64,000 nt of DNA, taken from NCBI GenBank assembly GCA_964016885.1, contig OZ024742.1, positions 26,164,001 through 26,228,000 of the forward strand, in the 5' to 3' direction. This document shows, piece after piece, positions 51,131-64,000 of this stretch. The stretch comes from Eledone cirrhosa (taxonomy: Eukaryota). The translations under genes were made by a program, and so were the position numbers. Under the pieces are notes generated by a model. The model had not been told where the DNA came from, ran no database searches, and was given only the letters and a program-made list of their open reading frames with translations. Within the stretch, counting starts at the first letter, position 1. Each line of letters begins with the position of its first letter.

Positions 51131-53068
51131 CCTTGACCTCCTGCTAATTATTGTTAATTGAGATTATGCAAGATATAGACGTAGAGTGAGTAGCATCAAC
51201 TACCAGATATTTTAGTTCATGTTAATTATTAGATTGTCTAACAAGATCTAACAAGATCTAAATTTTATCCTAAGACATTTCCTTTTTATCACAGGGAGAT
51301 GACGTCTTATATAACATTTTCAATAGATAGAAAGTGTCTTTGTTTCTTAATACTATTTTGAAATGGATTTCCTGAAGTATGTAGCACAATTATTGTCATT
51401 TTTACAAATGTACGTTTGCTATATGCTTACAACTCTTAATATTTCTACGTTGGGCATTTAATATAATTTCTGTTTACGAGAAAAGAATGACGTAACGGAA
51501 GATGTTGTGTCAGTGACGTTTTAGAAATGAAATTAAGATTGATAATCTAATAAATATAAACTCTAAAATAAACAGGCAAATACTGTGTTCATATATAATA
51601 TAACATATTGTTAATTTACAATAAATTATGTAGTTTAAAATCTCAGATTGCGGCTATTGGGCCGGAGTAGCCTACACGCAAAAATGATCACCGCGTGTTG
51701 CAATGACTCTTTAAGTATATTCCACTCGTCATATTAGGCGCTGAGCTGGCCAGCCGCAGGTGTGAGCCTCCCGAGCTTGAATGGCTTTTCCAGCGCGTCT
51801 CCCTTGTCGTACTCCGGGGAAACACCTTCTCCATTCTGTCCGCCGGGGCTGTGGGGATGCTACAGATATGATTGACTGACTTGTTATTTTATCAGTCAGA
51901 TACTCACTCATCAACAACTGTGGTAGCAGCACTGAGGTTTGTTTTTAAAGAAGTGAATACAAAAAAGACAAGCAACAAATTTAATTTACTAAAATTAGTT
52001 TAAACATAAAAACATTTGAAGAATATTAAAACTCTTCATTTACGCGTCATACTCCAGTCAATACTTTCTAGACTCAGTTAACCTTTGACCATGAGATGTC
52101 ATATGTCTGGATCTCTGCACATCGGGGTGGTAGATCGGCCAAACGTCGGTTGGATAATTTAAGGTGACAATATTTCATCGGGTATTTTGTGCTGACCATT
52201 GGCCATTTATTAACATATAGCTGTATAGGCAAGACAACGCCACCGAAATTAGAATTATAGCTAATATATCACTGAAGATAATTTGTATATATATCCCAAT
52301 CAATGTCAGGCCAGACATCTGCCTGCTTCTAGTACCTTGTACAACCTAATTCATGCGTAAGTGGTTGGCGACTAAGCCGGCTCCTTCCATCTCTGGTTTG
52401 GTGAGGACGATAGGTGAACCTCAGCAGCACAAATAAACAAGAACTGTCAAAAGGTCGGATGATATCCTCAGAGTCAACGTCCATCCACGCCAACTATGGA
52501 TTAAATAGCCACACGAATCAGCAATTGGCCAAGCGTGCTGAGTACGGCTACACTCCTGACATGACCAACATCAAACAGAAAGCGGCTGAGGTCAACCAGG
52601 GAGTCGTTCCTCCAATAAGTGTGAGAAGGCTCTAGATTGGATTGGATAGGTCTCAAATTTGGTTCTCCGATATGTAGGTTCTTCGTTTTTTTTTTAATTC
52701 ACGTTAAGAAAAAAACTATAAATAGCACATTCTTATCGTTTCTCTACTTTGTGTTCAGAAAAAAAACTGTATGGACCTTGAAAAGAACGTGTGCCTAATA
52801 TAATTGATTGATTGGTATACTATTCCGATTAATCTCGGAGCGATTGAGGGATCTGATATGAAATTCTGGAGAAGTGAATAAACTGGAATATAATGTATTT
52901 ACTGAACCGGTTGTTGATTTATACTCTGAAGTTGTTTTTTTTGTTCATCATCGTCATCGTCGTCGTTTATCATACATTTTCTCTGCTTGTTTTATCTCTG
53001 AACTCGGTTCTTTCAACTATTGTTTACTTGTTTTCTGCAAACTCCAAGAAGGTGAATCAACACGCTCC

Positions 53069-53141
<73 letters not shown>

Positions 53142-53397
53142 CTCTATATATATCTATCTATCTATATATCTATCTATCTCTGGGATGGAGACACGCGTTT
53201 AACTTGCTGAGTAAGTTCTGTTTAAATTTCTATAGAAATTCTTGTCTGATAACTTTAATTTTTGTACCATTTTGTAGAGGGATTGCCAGGTCAAACTTTG
53301 ATCTGGTCAGTCTCTCAAAATATTCTACGCCTTTAGGCAAAATAGTTAAACAAAAAAATAAAAGTTTTTTCTTGTTGAAAAGTCAATATTTTTTTAA

Positions 53398-55191
53398 ATG
53401 GCCGAAGCTTCTTCACCAAAATTCGAAGGAGGAAAGGGGAAGATGAACTTACAGCTTCCCCCTGCCACTGTCACAGTAGCAGAGGTCAAGAAGAAAGGTC
53501 AGCTAGAGGAAGAATTCTCTCCACCTGTTAACCGACAACTTGACGTTGCCATGGCAACAACCCAAAGAACCAGCAGCAACAGCAACAACAACAACAATGC
53601 GACGGACGAAAACAACACCAATAACAATAACAATAACAACAACAACAAGACCAATAACGGTGACAACAACAACAATGATAACAACAACACCACCAACGAC
53701 AACAACAACACAAACAAACAAAATTTCTCCTTCGCCGAGACGACAAGGAAAACCCTCGACTATCTGCCAGTAGATATAACAAAAGCGAAGGAGCTACTGG
53801 CGGATGCGAAAAAATATATAGTGTACGGGGAAAATGGTTCATTCACAATCCATTCCCCCCCGGAACTAAAAAGCCAGAGACTCCTAAACACGGTCATGTT
53901 TAGGACAATCTCGAACAAAAGTAAAAAACCAGCTCAACCATCACAGAGCGAGATAGAGCTGGTTTTAAAAGACGTCATGAAGGACATCACCTTCATTCAG
54001 AAGGATAGACTCTACGGGAGTCTATCCATTCTCATGAAGGACAGGGACACAGCAGTGAAACTGTCCATCAAACCAATCACATCCACCGCATACACCTTCT
54101 ACCCTACGTACATGGGTAGAAGAACACAAAAAATAAAAATCCACACCATCCTGCCGATTATGGACATATGGTGGGTTTTGACAGGTTTTCTGGACCTGGA
54201 GGATGACATGCTGGTGTCCATGGGAAAGGCATCGGGTGACGCGTTCAGTGGAACGAGCCTCGAACTTGTAGTTCAAATGAGGCCCGAAAGGATCGCCCAG
54301 ATCCCTGAACGCGTCATACTGGATGATCTAACCTTCATCAACATTACCGTTGAGAGTAGACGGCCCTCGTGTTACCTCTGCGGAACCAGAGGTCACCTGA
54401 GGGCTGTCTGTCCCCAACTTAATAAGAAAACCCCAATCCTGCCTACACCACCAACAACTGCACAACCAACACAATCACCACAACTACCACTACAAAAACA
54501 ATCACCACAGCTCAAACCAAAACAAAACAATGTCCAACCCATCCCCTCCACTCAAAAAACAAAAACAATTTCCAAAACACCCGTACCGCAAACACAACCC
54601 GAAAATATACCCCTCCTCTCCAACGCGGAAGATGACCCTAGTTCGTCGTCAGACGAGGAGGAGCACTTCCACACAATCAAAAGAAAAAAAAGAAAACACA
54701 CCTCAGACACACAAATGAAAAAAAACCCTCCCCAAAACATAACACTGACACCAACACAAAAGAGCTCACAACAACAGCAAACAAAAAACACCACACAAAA
54801 ACAAAAACATGCATACACATACATAAATACAAGAAACAAAAAACTGTTAAACATTGTGTACAACAACAATCTAATAAAAACACAAGGGCCTAACTTCACC
54901 CAGGCAGGGGATTTCCCCCACCTCAAAATGATTAAGGCCCCACAGGACACCTATAAAACTTTAAAAAACAATTCTAAAGAGGACGTGGGTCCCCCCTGCG
55001 TCGGGCCCATTAACCGCGTCCTCCTAAAAAACTATCCCACCCCCTCCCCAAACACCCACACAACTCCAAGCTCCCCAACCACACAACACACTGATGCCCC
55101 CACACTTCCACAAACCACCACCCCACCCAACAACCCATCCCCCACCCTAATGGAAATTGTCCAGCCCGATACCCGGGACGCAGAGAGGTAA
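53398..55191 (+). CDS. LINE ORF1, intact, 597 aa
   Basis: ATG to TAA open; poly-Asn tract, CYLCGTRGHLRAVC knuckle, KRKKRKH. Confidence 0.9.
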   Translation: MAEASSPKFEGGKGKMNLQLPPATVTVAEVKKKGQLEEEFSPPVNRQLDVAMATTQRTSSNSNNNNNATDENNTNNNNNNNNNKTNNGDNNNNDNNNTTNDNNNTNKQNFSFAETTRKTLDYLPVDITKAKELLADAKKYIVYGENGSFTIHSPPELKSQRLLNTVMFRTISNKSKKPAQPSQSEIELVLKDVMKDITFIQKDRLYGSLSILMKDRDTAVKLSIKPITSTAYTFYPTYMGRRTQKIKIHTILPIMDIWWVLTGFLDLEDDMLVSMGKASGDAFSGTSLELVVQMRPERIAQIPERVILDDLTFINITVESRRPSCYLCGTRGHLRAVCPQLNKKTPILPTPPTTAQPTQSPQLPLQKQSPQLKPKQNNVQPIPSTQKTKTISKTPVPQTQPENIPLLSNAEDDPSSSSDEEEHFHTIKRKKRKHTSDTQMKKNPPQNITLTPTQKSSQQQQTKNTTQKQKHAYTYINTRNKKLLNIVYNNNLIKTQGPNFTQAGDFPHLKMIKAPQDTYKTLKNNSKEDVGPPCVGPINRVLLKNYPTPSPNTHTTPSSPTTQHTDAPTLPQTTTPPNNPSPTLMEIVQPDTRDAER

Positions 55192-55215
55192 GTGCCTTTT
55201 CTCTTCACCACCAAC

Positions 55216-58200
55216 ATGGCTATGCTAAGAGTAGGCTGTTTAAATGCGCGTGGCCTGGGCTCAACTTGGAAGCAAGCAATGCTTCTAAATGACCTCAGGT
55301 CACAACGTATAGATGTGATGGTTATTTGCGAGGCGCGGATCAGCAACGTGCGACAGCTGGCCCCCACCTTTGATGACTTTGAGATGCACGCATCTCTCTG
55401 TCAGCCCGGAGGTGGGGGTGGAGTTGTCGTTCTGCTACAAAAACATCTGGGTTTCGCAACACAGATGGTACATTTGGACCCGGAGGGTCGACTAGTGGTT
55501 CTGGACCTTGGCAGTGGTAAAGGCGGAGCGTTTAGGTTGGTAGCCGCCTACGGCCCTTTCGGGTCAATGCGGCCGGACTTCTTCCATCGTCTGGAGACTT
55601 TTCTAGGGACGTCCCGCTCCTTGCTATTAGTGGGGGACTGGAATGGTATCCTAGATGCACGCTGGGACTACGTAGGGGCCTGCCCCGATAGAGAGGGGTG
55701 TAATAGCCTCAAAGGGTTAATCGGTCGATTTGACCTGGCCGATAGATATCGACTAGATTTTCCGACTGCGCCAACCTGGACTTGGGCAAATCGTAGCGGA
55801 TCATCTAGGTCGTACCTAGATAGGTTCTTAGTTAGAATTAAGGATAAGGACATTTTAAGTTGTCCAAAAATGCGCATGGTTGGCTATTCAGACCACAAAT
55901 TAGTGACCTGCATGGTCAACCTTGACAGAACTCATAGACAGGGCCCCGGTTACTGGAAGCTCAACTTGTCCTTGCCGGCAAGTAGAGCCTACAGGAATCG
56001 GATTAGTACGTTAGTTAAGGAACGGTTGACTGGAGCGATCGTCAACAGCAGGTGGTGGGTATCTCTAAAGAGAGAGATTAGAGTAGTCTCGATAGAATTT
56101 AGTAAGGTTCTAGCTGCGGATAGGAATAGGAAGGAAAGGGAGCTAATAGATAGAGTAGAAGAGGCAATTAGATGCGGCGACGTGGCCAGAGTGCTAGCGT
56201 CGAGAACGGCTTTGAGCCAGTTTTTCGACGCGAAGCACGAAGGCTGCGTTGTCCGAAGTAAAATACGTGCTCTAGGGAACGAGGGGACCAAAGCTGTTAG
56301 CTGGGCCCGCGTGACAGAGGCCAACAGTGGAACTAAATCCACCATCCGGTCTTTGCGAGACCTGGATGGACGGGCGATTCTTGAGCTTAAGCAGATGTGT
56401 GAGGCCTTTCAAAGGCACTTTGCCCGACTGTTCGGGAGGGGCGGGGAGCCGGTTGGGAACGTGGACTTCGGTCCATACCTCGACGGCCTGCCGCGCCTCT
56501 CGGACAGGGAGGCGAAGTCCTGCGAGGAGCCGATTTCGGCCGCTGAGATAGAGGACGTGCTGAGCCAATGCGGCAAACGCAAATCCCCGGGTCTCGATGG
56601 TCTTCCTTACGAATTATATCTAGCTATGCCGGACTTGTTCCCCGATCTCCTCGAGGCGGTCTACTGCAACTAGCAACAGAACGGGAGAATTCCCTGTACT
56701 GTGACCAAGGGCGTAGTCACGCTAGTAAGGAAGGACGAGAACAAGGGGGACGAAATAAGTAACTTCAGGCCCATAACACTGCTAAATACAGAGTTACAGA
56801 TTTTGGCCAAGGTGCTAGCAAAGAGGTTGGCGCTTGTCGTGGGCAACATGGTGGGAGATGCGCAGACATGCGCTATCCCGTCCAGGTCCATCCATGACAA
56901 CCTTCACCTCATGCGATACATCATAGAGAGGGTTGGGAACGAACCCGGCTTTGGTGGGGCTCTGATCAACTTGGTCCAATCTAAGGCGTTCGATAGGGTC
57001 GACCATGGTTACCTGGATGCGGTGCTAGCGGCGGCAGGCTTCGGACCCGTTTTCAGGGGCTGGATCACTGCTATGCACAGCAGCCGCATCTGCTCTAGGG
57101 TCAAGGTGAACGGCTACCTCTCGGAGCCGTTCAAAATCGCGCGGTCCATCCGACAAGGGTGCCCTCTCTCCTCCCTTCTGTATGTGTTGACTCTCGAGCC
57201 ACTACTGCGGAAGTTGGAGTTGTTACAGGGCATCCCATTGGAACCGGGATTGCGGAAAGCGGTGTCGGCCTACGCCGATGACGTGACAGTAATGGTGTCG
57301 ACGGCCTCCGAAATCGAGGCGGTCGGCACCTTACTGGAGGAGTACGAAAAGTTCACAGGGGCTAAGCTGAACCGGGACAAGTCGATCGGTTTGCAACTCG
57401 GCACGTGCAGGGGCAGACCAATGCCCTCCGATGGCGTCGTCGGACGCTGGACGGAGGGCCCGGTGAAGTTGCTCGGGGTCTGGTTCGGACCGGACCTCCA
57501 GGTGGAGAAAAACTGGGCGGAGGTTACGAACAGGGTGTTTGCACTGACCCAGAAGTGGGCCAGTTGCAAACTATCCCTGAAAGGTCGGGCGGAGGTGGCG
57601 AACACCTACATAGCGTCCGTCATCTACTACCGCCTGACCGTAGTGCCCTGCCCAAGGGAAACCCTCACCAAGATGGAGCGCGCGTTCTTCCAATTCCTTT
57701 GGAAGAGGCGGGCTCCTAAGGTGAGGAGATCCATCTGCTGTCAACACCCTTCGAAAGGAGGGCTGGGGATGCCGTGGCTAATGATGCGTAAACACGCATT
57801 AAGGCTACGGCACCTCTACGTATTCCTCACCGGACAACCGGTGTGGGCCTCGTTTGTGAGACGAACCTTTCCCAGACTCGTCTCACTCACCGAGCTGCAA
57901 TCCTGGGTCAAGCAAAGACCGAGAAAACTGGGCGCCTGGCACACTGAGTGTGCCCAGGCGCTCACCGCCCTCTGGCAGGCGGATCCGGTTATCAGTGGAG
58001 ACTCCACCGCAACATTCTATAGAGGGCTGGTACGCAGCAGGTGCGACGACGCCCTTGGAGAAGCCCTAGACATGGAGGAGGACGAACTGGCCAGCCTGTT
58101 CGGTAGGACATTCAGCCCGGGACCTATGGACAACTTCCAGAAGTCCCTGGCCTGGCAGTGCTACCGAGGGGCTTTACCCGTTCGAGAAAGGCTCTACAGA

Positions 58201-58653
58201 CACGGGCGCCCGGGTAGGGACCCCGCCAAAAAGATCTGTCCCAGATGCGTGTGCGACGAGGAAACCGTTGCACACGCATTGGTACACTGCTCGGGCGTAG
58301 CCGATCTGTGGGGCTATGTCGAACAACTGCTGTCAAGGGTGGGACCGATCCGGTTGACCACCGAGTCTATTGTAATGATCAAGCCGCCTCCCCCCTTCAA
58401 AGATGAAGCAGAGGCGGTGTTTCTGTGCGTAATAGCCATGGCGAAAGAGGTTGTATGGTGGACGCGTCTGAAAGGACTGAGGTCAGGCACCTTTCTCTCT
58501 GGCCAACAACTGGTCCGTTTCTTCCGATATCATTTCGGAAGAAGGATCAGGATGGAGAGAGAGGTGCTGCACCCCAGCCGTTTCTATGAAAGATGGGTGA
58601 AAGTGGCGAGAATGGCCCGTGTGAATGGGCCTTCACTCTACATCAGACTATAG
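55216..58653 (+). pseudogene. Copy 5 ORF2 (EN-RT-CCHC) with one nonsense codon
   Basis: Single frame; TGG>TAG at 56671-56673; motif A reads LVQSKAFD. Confidence 0.92.
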
Positions 58654-59291
58654 GTGAGGAAGATGAAAGACCAAGGGAGCACCCCTTCTCTGTGCTCCTG
58701 AGGAGAAGGGTTGCACACTTTTTTCGGGGGTGTGTGCGACCCCCCAAGGCGCCTCCTCTCTATTGAGGACTTTGTTAAAAATTTTCTTTTTTGTTATATC
58801 TTATTTTATTTTTATATTTTGTTATTGCCTCCTCCTTATTGAGGACGCCTTTTTGTGTAAACTCCCCCCTTTGTACTTGTCCCACTTTTGATGCCCTAGT
58901 GGCAAATAAAAGAAACATATCTATATATCTAACTATATATCTGTATGCCTATATCTATCTATATCTCCAACTCTCTCTCTCTCATCCACTCTCTCTCTCG
59001 TTATCTATCAATATCTCCCGCAGATAGATTGGCAGCATTTAACATGTAGGTGTGCGGTGGATTAAGAGCAGAGGGAGGGGTTAGAAAATCTGAAAAATCA
59101 CTAAACGGGGGAGGGGGAGGTTATTTCAAACACGAGTGTAATTATTAATTCCTAATTTTTTTTCAAATTCTTTTCCTTTCTTTTTTCTTCGTATCCTCAT
59201 TGCCACGTATATTGTACAGTTTTTATGACATTTTCTATTTAGTAAAATAATCTATTTCCGAACAGCCAAAAATTAAAAAATAAAACTTTAA

Positions 59292-59512
59292 CCCTTTAGC
59301 ATTTAAACCGGCCATATCCGGCCAGAATTCTCTCACCTCTTTCTGTTCAAACTAGCCTTAACTGGCCACTCATACCGACTTTAAGGTATAGTTTTCAAAA
59401 TAAATAATATCAAAATCTCATAGTTTCCATATTATGTGGGATAATTGTGTGAGGTAAAGCATTTACCACAAGAATACAATAGTAAATATAGAGTAATACA
59501 AATGCTAAAGGG
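59292..59512. mobile_element. piggyBac-type MITE (221 bp)
   Basis: 13-bp TIRs CCCTTTAGCATTT / AAATGCTAAAGGG with TTAA on both sides. Confidence 0.88.
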
Positions 59513-59802
59513 TTAATGTATGTTTCTTTTTAAGCAATAAATAAATATTCAATTTTACGTTCGATAAAATTACTTGATATTATCATTATCTTTGGCATCG
59601 TCTGGATATAGTTATTTCTCCTTTGTACTGACCATCTCTACACAGTTTCGCCTCCCTAATTTGTAATACCGTAATGGAAGGATTCAAAGCTAAGTTAACC
59701 TAAAGAAAGCTGTAGTTTAGAGGCGTCGGCTGAAAATTGGAATGTTTTGTCACTTTTAGCACCTTTCCCCAGTTTGTTCGCCTCTTTCTGTATTGTATAT
59801 AG

Positions 59803-59840
<38 letters not shown>

Positions 59841-59968
59841 AAATAAAATAATTATGATTCCAGTTCCTCAGTGAAATAACAACCCAACCAGGAACTGGGG
59901 ATATCAGAGTATTGACAAAGTTAAACACCTCAACAACATGTGTACTCGTCTCTACCACACTAATTCGG

Positions 59969-60023
59969 ACTGCCTGAAGAGGTCACAGCCAAAGATTGCT
60001 GTCACCGTAATATATATAGCAGT
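59969..60023 (+). ncRNA. Type I hammerhead motif with one core mutation
   Basis: ACTGC CTGAAGA GGTCACAGC-8nt-GCTGTCACC GTAA(GAAA) TATATA TA^ GCAGT. Confidence 0.65.
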
Positions 60024-60192
60024 AATAAACGAAGCCAAATTTTAAACATTTGACATTTATTTTATTTTATTTTACATTACTCCGGAGTAATCAAACCAAC
60101 CTGCGCACTTCGTCGAGTGCTCCAATCTGCATACTCAGGTGTTAGTATACAACCAACATATACTCAACATTTATATATATATATATCAAGTA

Positions 60193-60287
60193 ATAATTGT
60201 TTCTACTTTTGGCACAAGGCCAGAAATTATCCAGTGCATTACTGGTTCTTTATTTTATCGACCCCGTAGGGATGAAAGGCAAAGTTA
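60193..60287 (-). mobile_element. SINE 3' part (41107 family)
   Basis: TTTTATCGACCCCGTAGGGATGAAAGGC core. Confidence 0.75.
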
Positions 60288-60311
60288 TTCGAATCAGCGA
60301 GCGAGTTTGAA

Positions 60312-60561
60312 ATTATTATAAATGTAAGCTAATAAATGTAAGCTATCGCCGTATTATGACTAAAGAAATTAAAGAAATTATTTAGGCTGATAGTGGGGTT
60401 AAGAACCCTCGGAGAAATGGAAAAGGGTGAGTATTGACGTACATGTACGTCAATACTCAGCTTTTTCCATTTCTCCGAGGGTTCTTAACCCCACTATCAG
60501 GCTAAATACTTTCTTTAATTTCTTTAGTCAAAACACGGCGATAGCTTACATTTATAATAAT
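60312..60561. repeat. Loopless palindromic element, second copy
   Basis: Homologous to 28061-28286; centre GACGTACATGTACGTC. Confidence 0.9.
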
Positions 60562-60658
60562 AATAATTATATATATATATATATTAGAAAGGGAGTTTTT
60601 TTATACAGAATGAGTATAAGAAAAAAAGCCAGTTGCATTTTCGATTTCATCTTTTTAC

Positions 60659-60692
<34 letters not shown>

Positions 60693-60993
60693 CCTTATTG
60701 AACCCCCTTCAGATTTTAGTCTACACATTTATTATCATTACTATATATATATATGTGTGTGTGTGTGTGTATGTTTTAGGTAATTCCGAAGAAAAACCAA
60801 AGGAAAAAAGAGTGTTCTATGTATAGAACAGAGCGAATTAATTAGAAAGTGAACAACACAGTATATAACTACTACAGAGATAACATCTCAGTCTGAAGAA
60901 CGATCTAAACGTATATTAATATTATCTACGGTCCTGAAACCTTTTGTAATGGAGTAGTTATATATTGTTGTTCACTTTGTAATTAAATATATA

Positions 60994-61059
<66 letters not shown>

Positions 61060-61268
61060 TAATTCAGCGAGAATCGTATTTCGGCTGGTAGAAAAATCGA
61101 AACGAAACGCAAAATCGTAGAAATGCTGGCAAGCGCTCAATAGTTAAGAAAACTAGAGCTAAACAATAAGTTAAAACGCCATACAAAACTGAAAAAAGTG
61201 GTTAGGAAGGCATTAACCACCTAAACCAAAAACAAATCAAGCTAAACAGGTCAAACAAAATAAATGAT

Positions 61269-61354
<86 letters not shown>

Positions 61355-61633
61355 AGAGAGAGAGAGAGAGAAATAAAATAAAAAGGACGATTAGTTAATC
61401 CTTCATTACGTTTATTGGTTGGTTACGCGCGTTTGCCCACTGATCAGTTCAAGGTTCGATTTGTATCGATCTCTACCACCTCTGTATCTGCGGCTCGTCA
61501 GACCCCTTATAATGGTAATGGAAAAAGTTCACTATACTACACTCTGTCTAGCTGTACACCTCGACACTGAAGTGAACCTAAACATCGAGTGCTCACCTGG
61601 GTGAACCTACTATAACTCCAAGTTACACTCCCT

Positions 61634-61695
<62 letters not shown>

Positions 61696-62792
61696 TTATA
61701 AATGAATATGTATATATATGTATATATATATATATATATATATACATATATGTATCTATATATATATGTGCGTCCCTGTGTGTACGTGCGTGTGTGTTTG
61801 TATGGGTGTGTATGCATTCTTATATGTATATATAAGTATGTATTTATACGTACACAGAAACAGACGTTCATTTATGTAGATATATATAAATTTCCCTAAA
61901 CGAATCTCTTTTTCTTTCTATAAATTGTTGCTATGTATGAAAGTGATATTTAAATAACACCCTTTACCTAGATGTAGAATAGAGTCTGCTTAATTTGGTT
62001 CTAGCTTTCATTTTCTATTACAGAAGATTAGACCTAATTACCAATTGCTGGTTTTAATTTTGTTGTTGTGGATATTGTTTTCGTTGTCGTTGTTATTGTT
62101 GTTGATGTTATCATGTTGCTATCAGAGTGTAAAAATATTTTTAGTGCTTTCTGGTATCAGCTTCGGCATTTTTTCTTTGGAATTGTTGCTTTTTGTTTTT
62201 CTATTGTCCTGTTAGAATCTTGTTTTTCTACGCTCCTTGCCTATTACATTGATATACAGATAACTGTGTCTCATTGTTTTCGATGTGGACTAAAACATGA
62301 AATTACTCTATCAACAACAATACGAACAACAATAGAGACGAAACAAATGGAGGTCGAATGACTTTTAAATCCATATTTTTATCAGACGATTCCAAGCGTT
62401 ACTCAGCTTGGACAATGTTTAATTAGTCTGCTGTTAATGAAAAGAAAAGAAAATAAACTATAAGGAAAATCACAAAATTACAAAAGCGAAAAATATATGA
62501 AAATTATATCTAACATAATATAGCCACACATATAAATATATATGATCCCAGAGTGATCCAGACGTTTCATTTTGCTAATGCCGAAATAAATTGTTAATCT
62601 TTGTTGTGATAACGCTTTTGATGTTTTATCTTAACTGATTTCTATTCTAGGAAGTACTCTGTACACTGTTTTCTGGCAAAATAACACATCTATAAATTTT
62701 ATACGAAGCTTGCCTTGCTAAAGACAAAATCAATGAATAGTTTATCAAATAATATACGCGGTGGTTATATGAAAGTTTCTAAGAAGCTAAAC

Positions 62793-63046
62793 TTGCGGGA
62801 GTTGACATCTACCTAGGCAGAAGGATAATTAGGTTATTTAGTGTATATATTCCCCAAATATTGTATATTTCATGAGCTTAAGGATATAAAGGTTTGACGA
62901 AAATCGGACTTGTTTATAGATACACTGAAACGATTGAAAGTAAGATTGCACCAAAAAAGAAAAAGGAAAGACCGGGAGGTAATATTCCAGAATATTACTT
63001 ACTATAGAGTATACAACTAACATCTGTTTCTGACATTGCATATATA

Positions 63047-63126
<80 letters not shown>

Positions 63127-63193
63127 TATATATATATACTGTATATATATATATATACTGTATATATATATATACTGTATATATATATATATA

Positions 63194-63285
<92 letters not shown>

Positions 63286-63539
63286 TATATATGCAATGTC
63301 AGAAACAGATGTTAGTTGTATAGTCAATAGTAAGTAATATTCTGGAATATTAGCTCCCGGTCTTTCCTTTTTCTTTTTTGGTGCAATCTTACTTTCAATC
63401 GTTTCAGTGTATCTATAAACAAGTCCGATTTTCGTCAAACCTTTATATCCTTAAGCTCATGAAATATACAATATTTGGGGAATATATACACTAAATAACC
63501 TAATTATCCTTCTGCCTAGGTAGATGTCAACTCCCGCAA
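62793..63539. repeat. Near-perfect inverted duplication around a (TA)n core
   Basis: 62793-63050 is the inverse of 63281-63539, with only a few mismatches. Confidence 0.92.
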
Positions 63540-63605
63540 AGAGTTTCGGTAGGAATTCTAAAGGAAATGAGAGTGCTCTATGTAAGCTACAGAGCTATTT
63601 AGTTA

Positions 63606-63763
63606 TGTAATAAACCCCATAAGACAGTCGTTACATTTATCAAAGTTTTCACGAAGACAGATGAGCTCGACACAGACGTCTGATTTCAGACGTCTGTGTC
63701 GAGCTCGTCTGTCTTCGCAAAACCTTTGGTAAATGGAATAATTGTCTTATGCTGTTTATTACA
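63606..63763. repeat. Hairpin, ~78-bp arms and 2-nt loop
   Basis: GAGCTCGACACAGACGTCTGA-TT-TCAGACGTCTGTGTCGAGCTC core; the outer arms are diverged. Confidence 0.88.
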
Positions 63764-63938
63764 CAACCACACACACACATTCACACACACACATACACAC
63801 ACACACACACATCTATATATATATATAACGTTCAGACCCTCTTCCTGCTATATCAAGCGTTAACCTAATATACCCCTTCCATATACTTATCTATTGTGTT
63901 GTTATTTCTGTTTACCTTTTACATACATATATATATAG

Positions 63939-64000
<62 letters not shown>

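Larger units (their letters stand above)
53181..58917 (+). mobile_element. Tx1-like LINE copy 5 (subfamily B), full length, near intact
   Basis: 5'UTR, intact ORF1, ORF2 with a single stop, and a 3'UTR with AATAAA. Sits in a (TC)n(TA)n(TATC)n tract. Confidence 0.94.

Noticed and set aside
51690-52640. Possible endonuclease relics (ETRW on minus; IGKT on plus)
   Set aside because: Only single short motifs, not supportable by eye.

Overview
Gene-free, microsatellite-rich animal DNA. The repeat content suggests a cephalopod (octopus-like) genome; this is inference. No host gene exon is recognisable. The window is dominated by a Tx1/L1-group non-LTR retrotransposon family (ORF1 with a CCHC knuckle; ORF2 = APE endonuclease + RT + CCHC). 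Four copies form a head-to-tail array joined by (TATC)n/(TC)n (4516-23014), a near-intact solo copy lies at 53181-58917 and a 3' fragment at 29156-29545. They fall into three subfamilies (A, B, C). Main observation: in all three subfamilies ORF2 is bracketed by a consensus splice donor at the end of ORF1 and a YAG|G acceptor that coincides with the ORF2 stop codon. Splicing would give an ORF1-frame stop within 1-4 codons in three different phases, suggesting the whole ORF2 is an intron. Second theme: many (TA)n-flanked non-coding direct-repeat or fold-back units carry type I hammerhead ribozyme motifs, including a 591-nt retrozyme-like unit and a circularly permuted palindrome, alongside Penelope-like RT relics. 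Also present: tRNA-derived SINEs, RTE and R4/Dong relics, a piggyBac-type MITE and many simple repeats.
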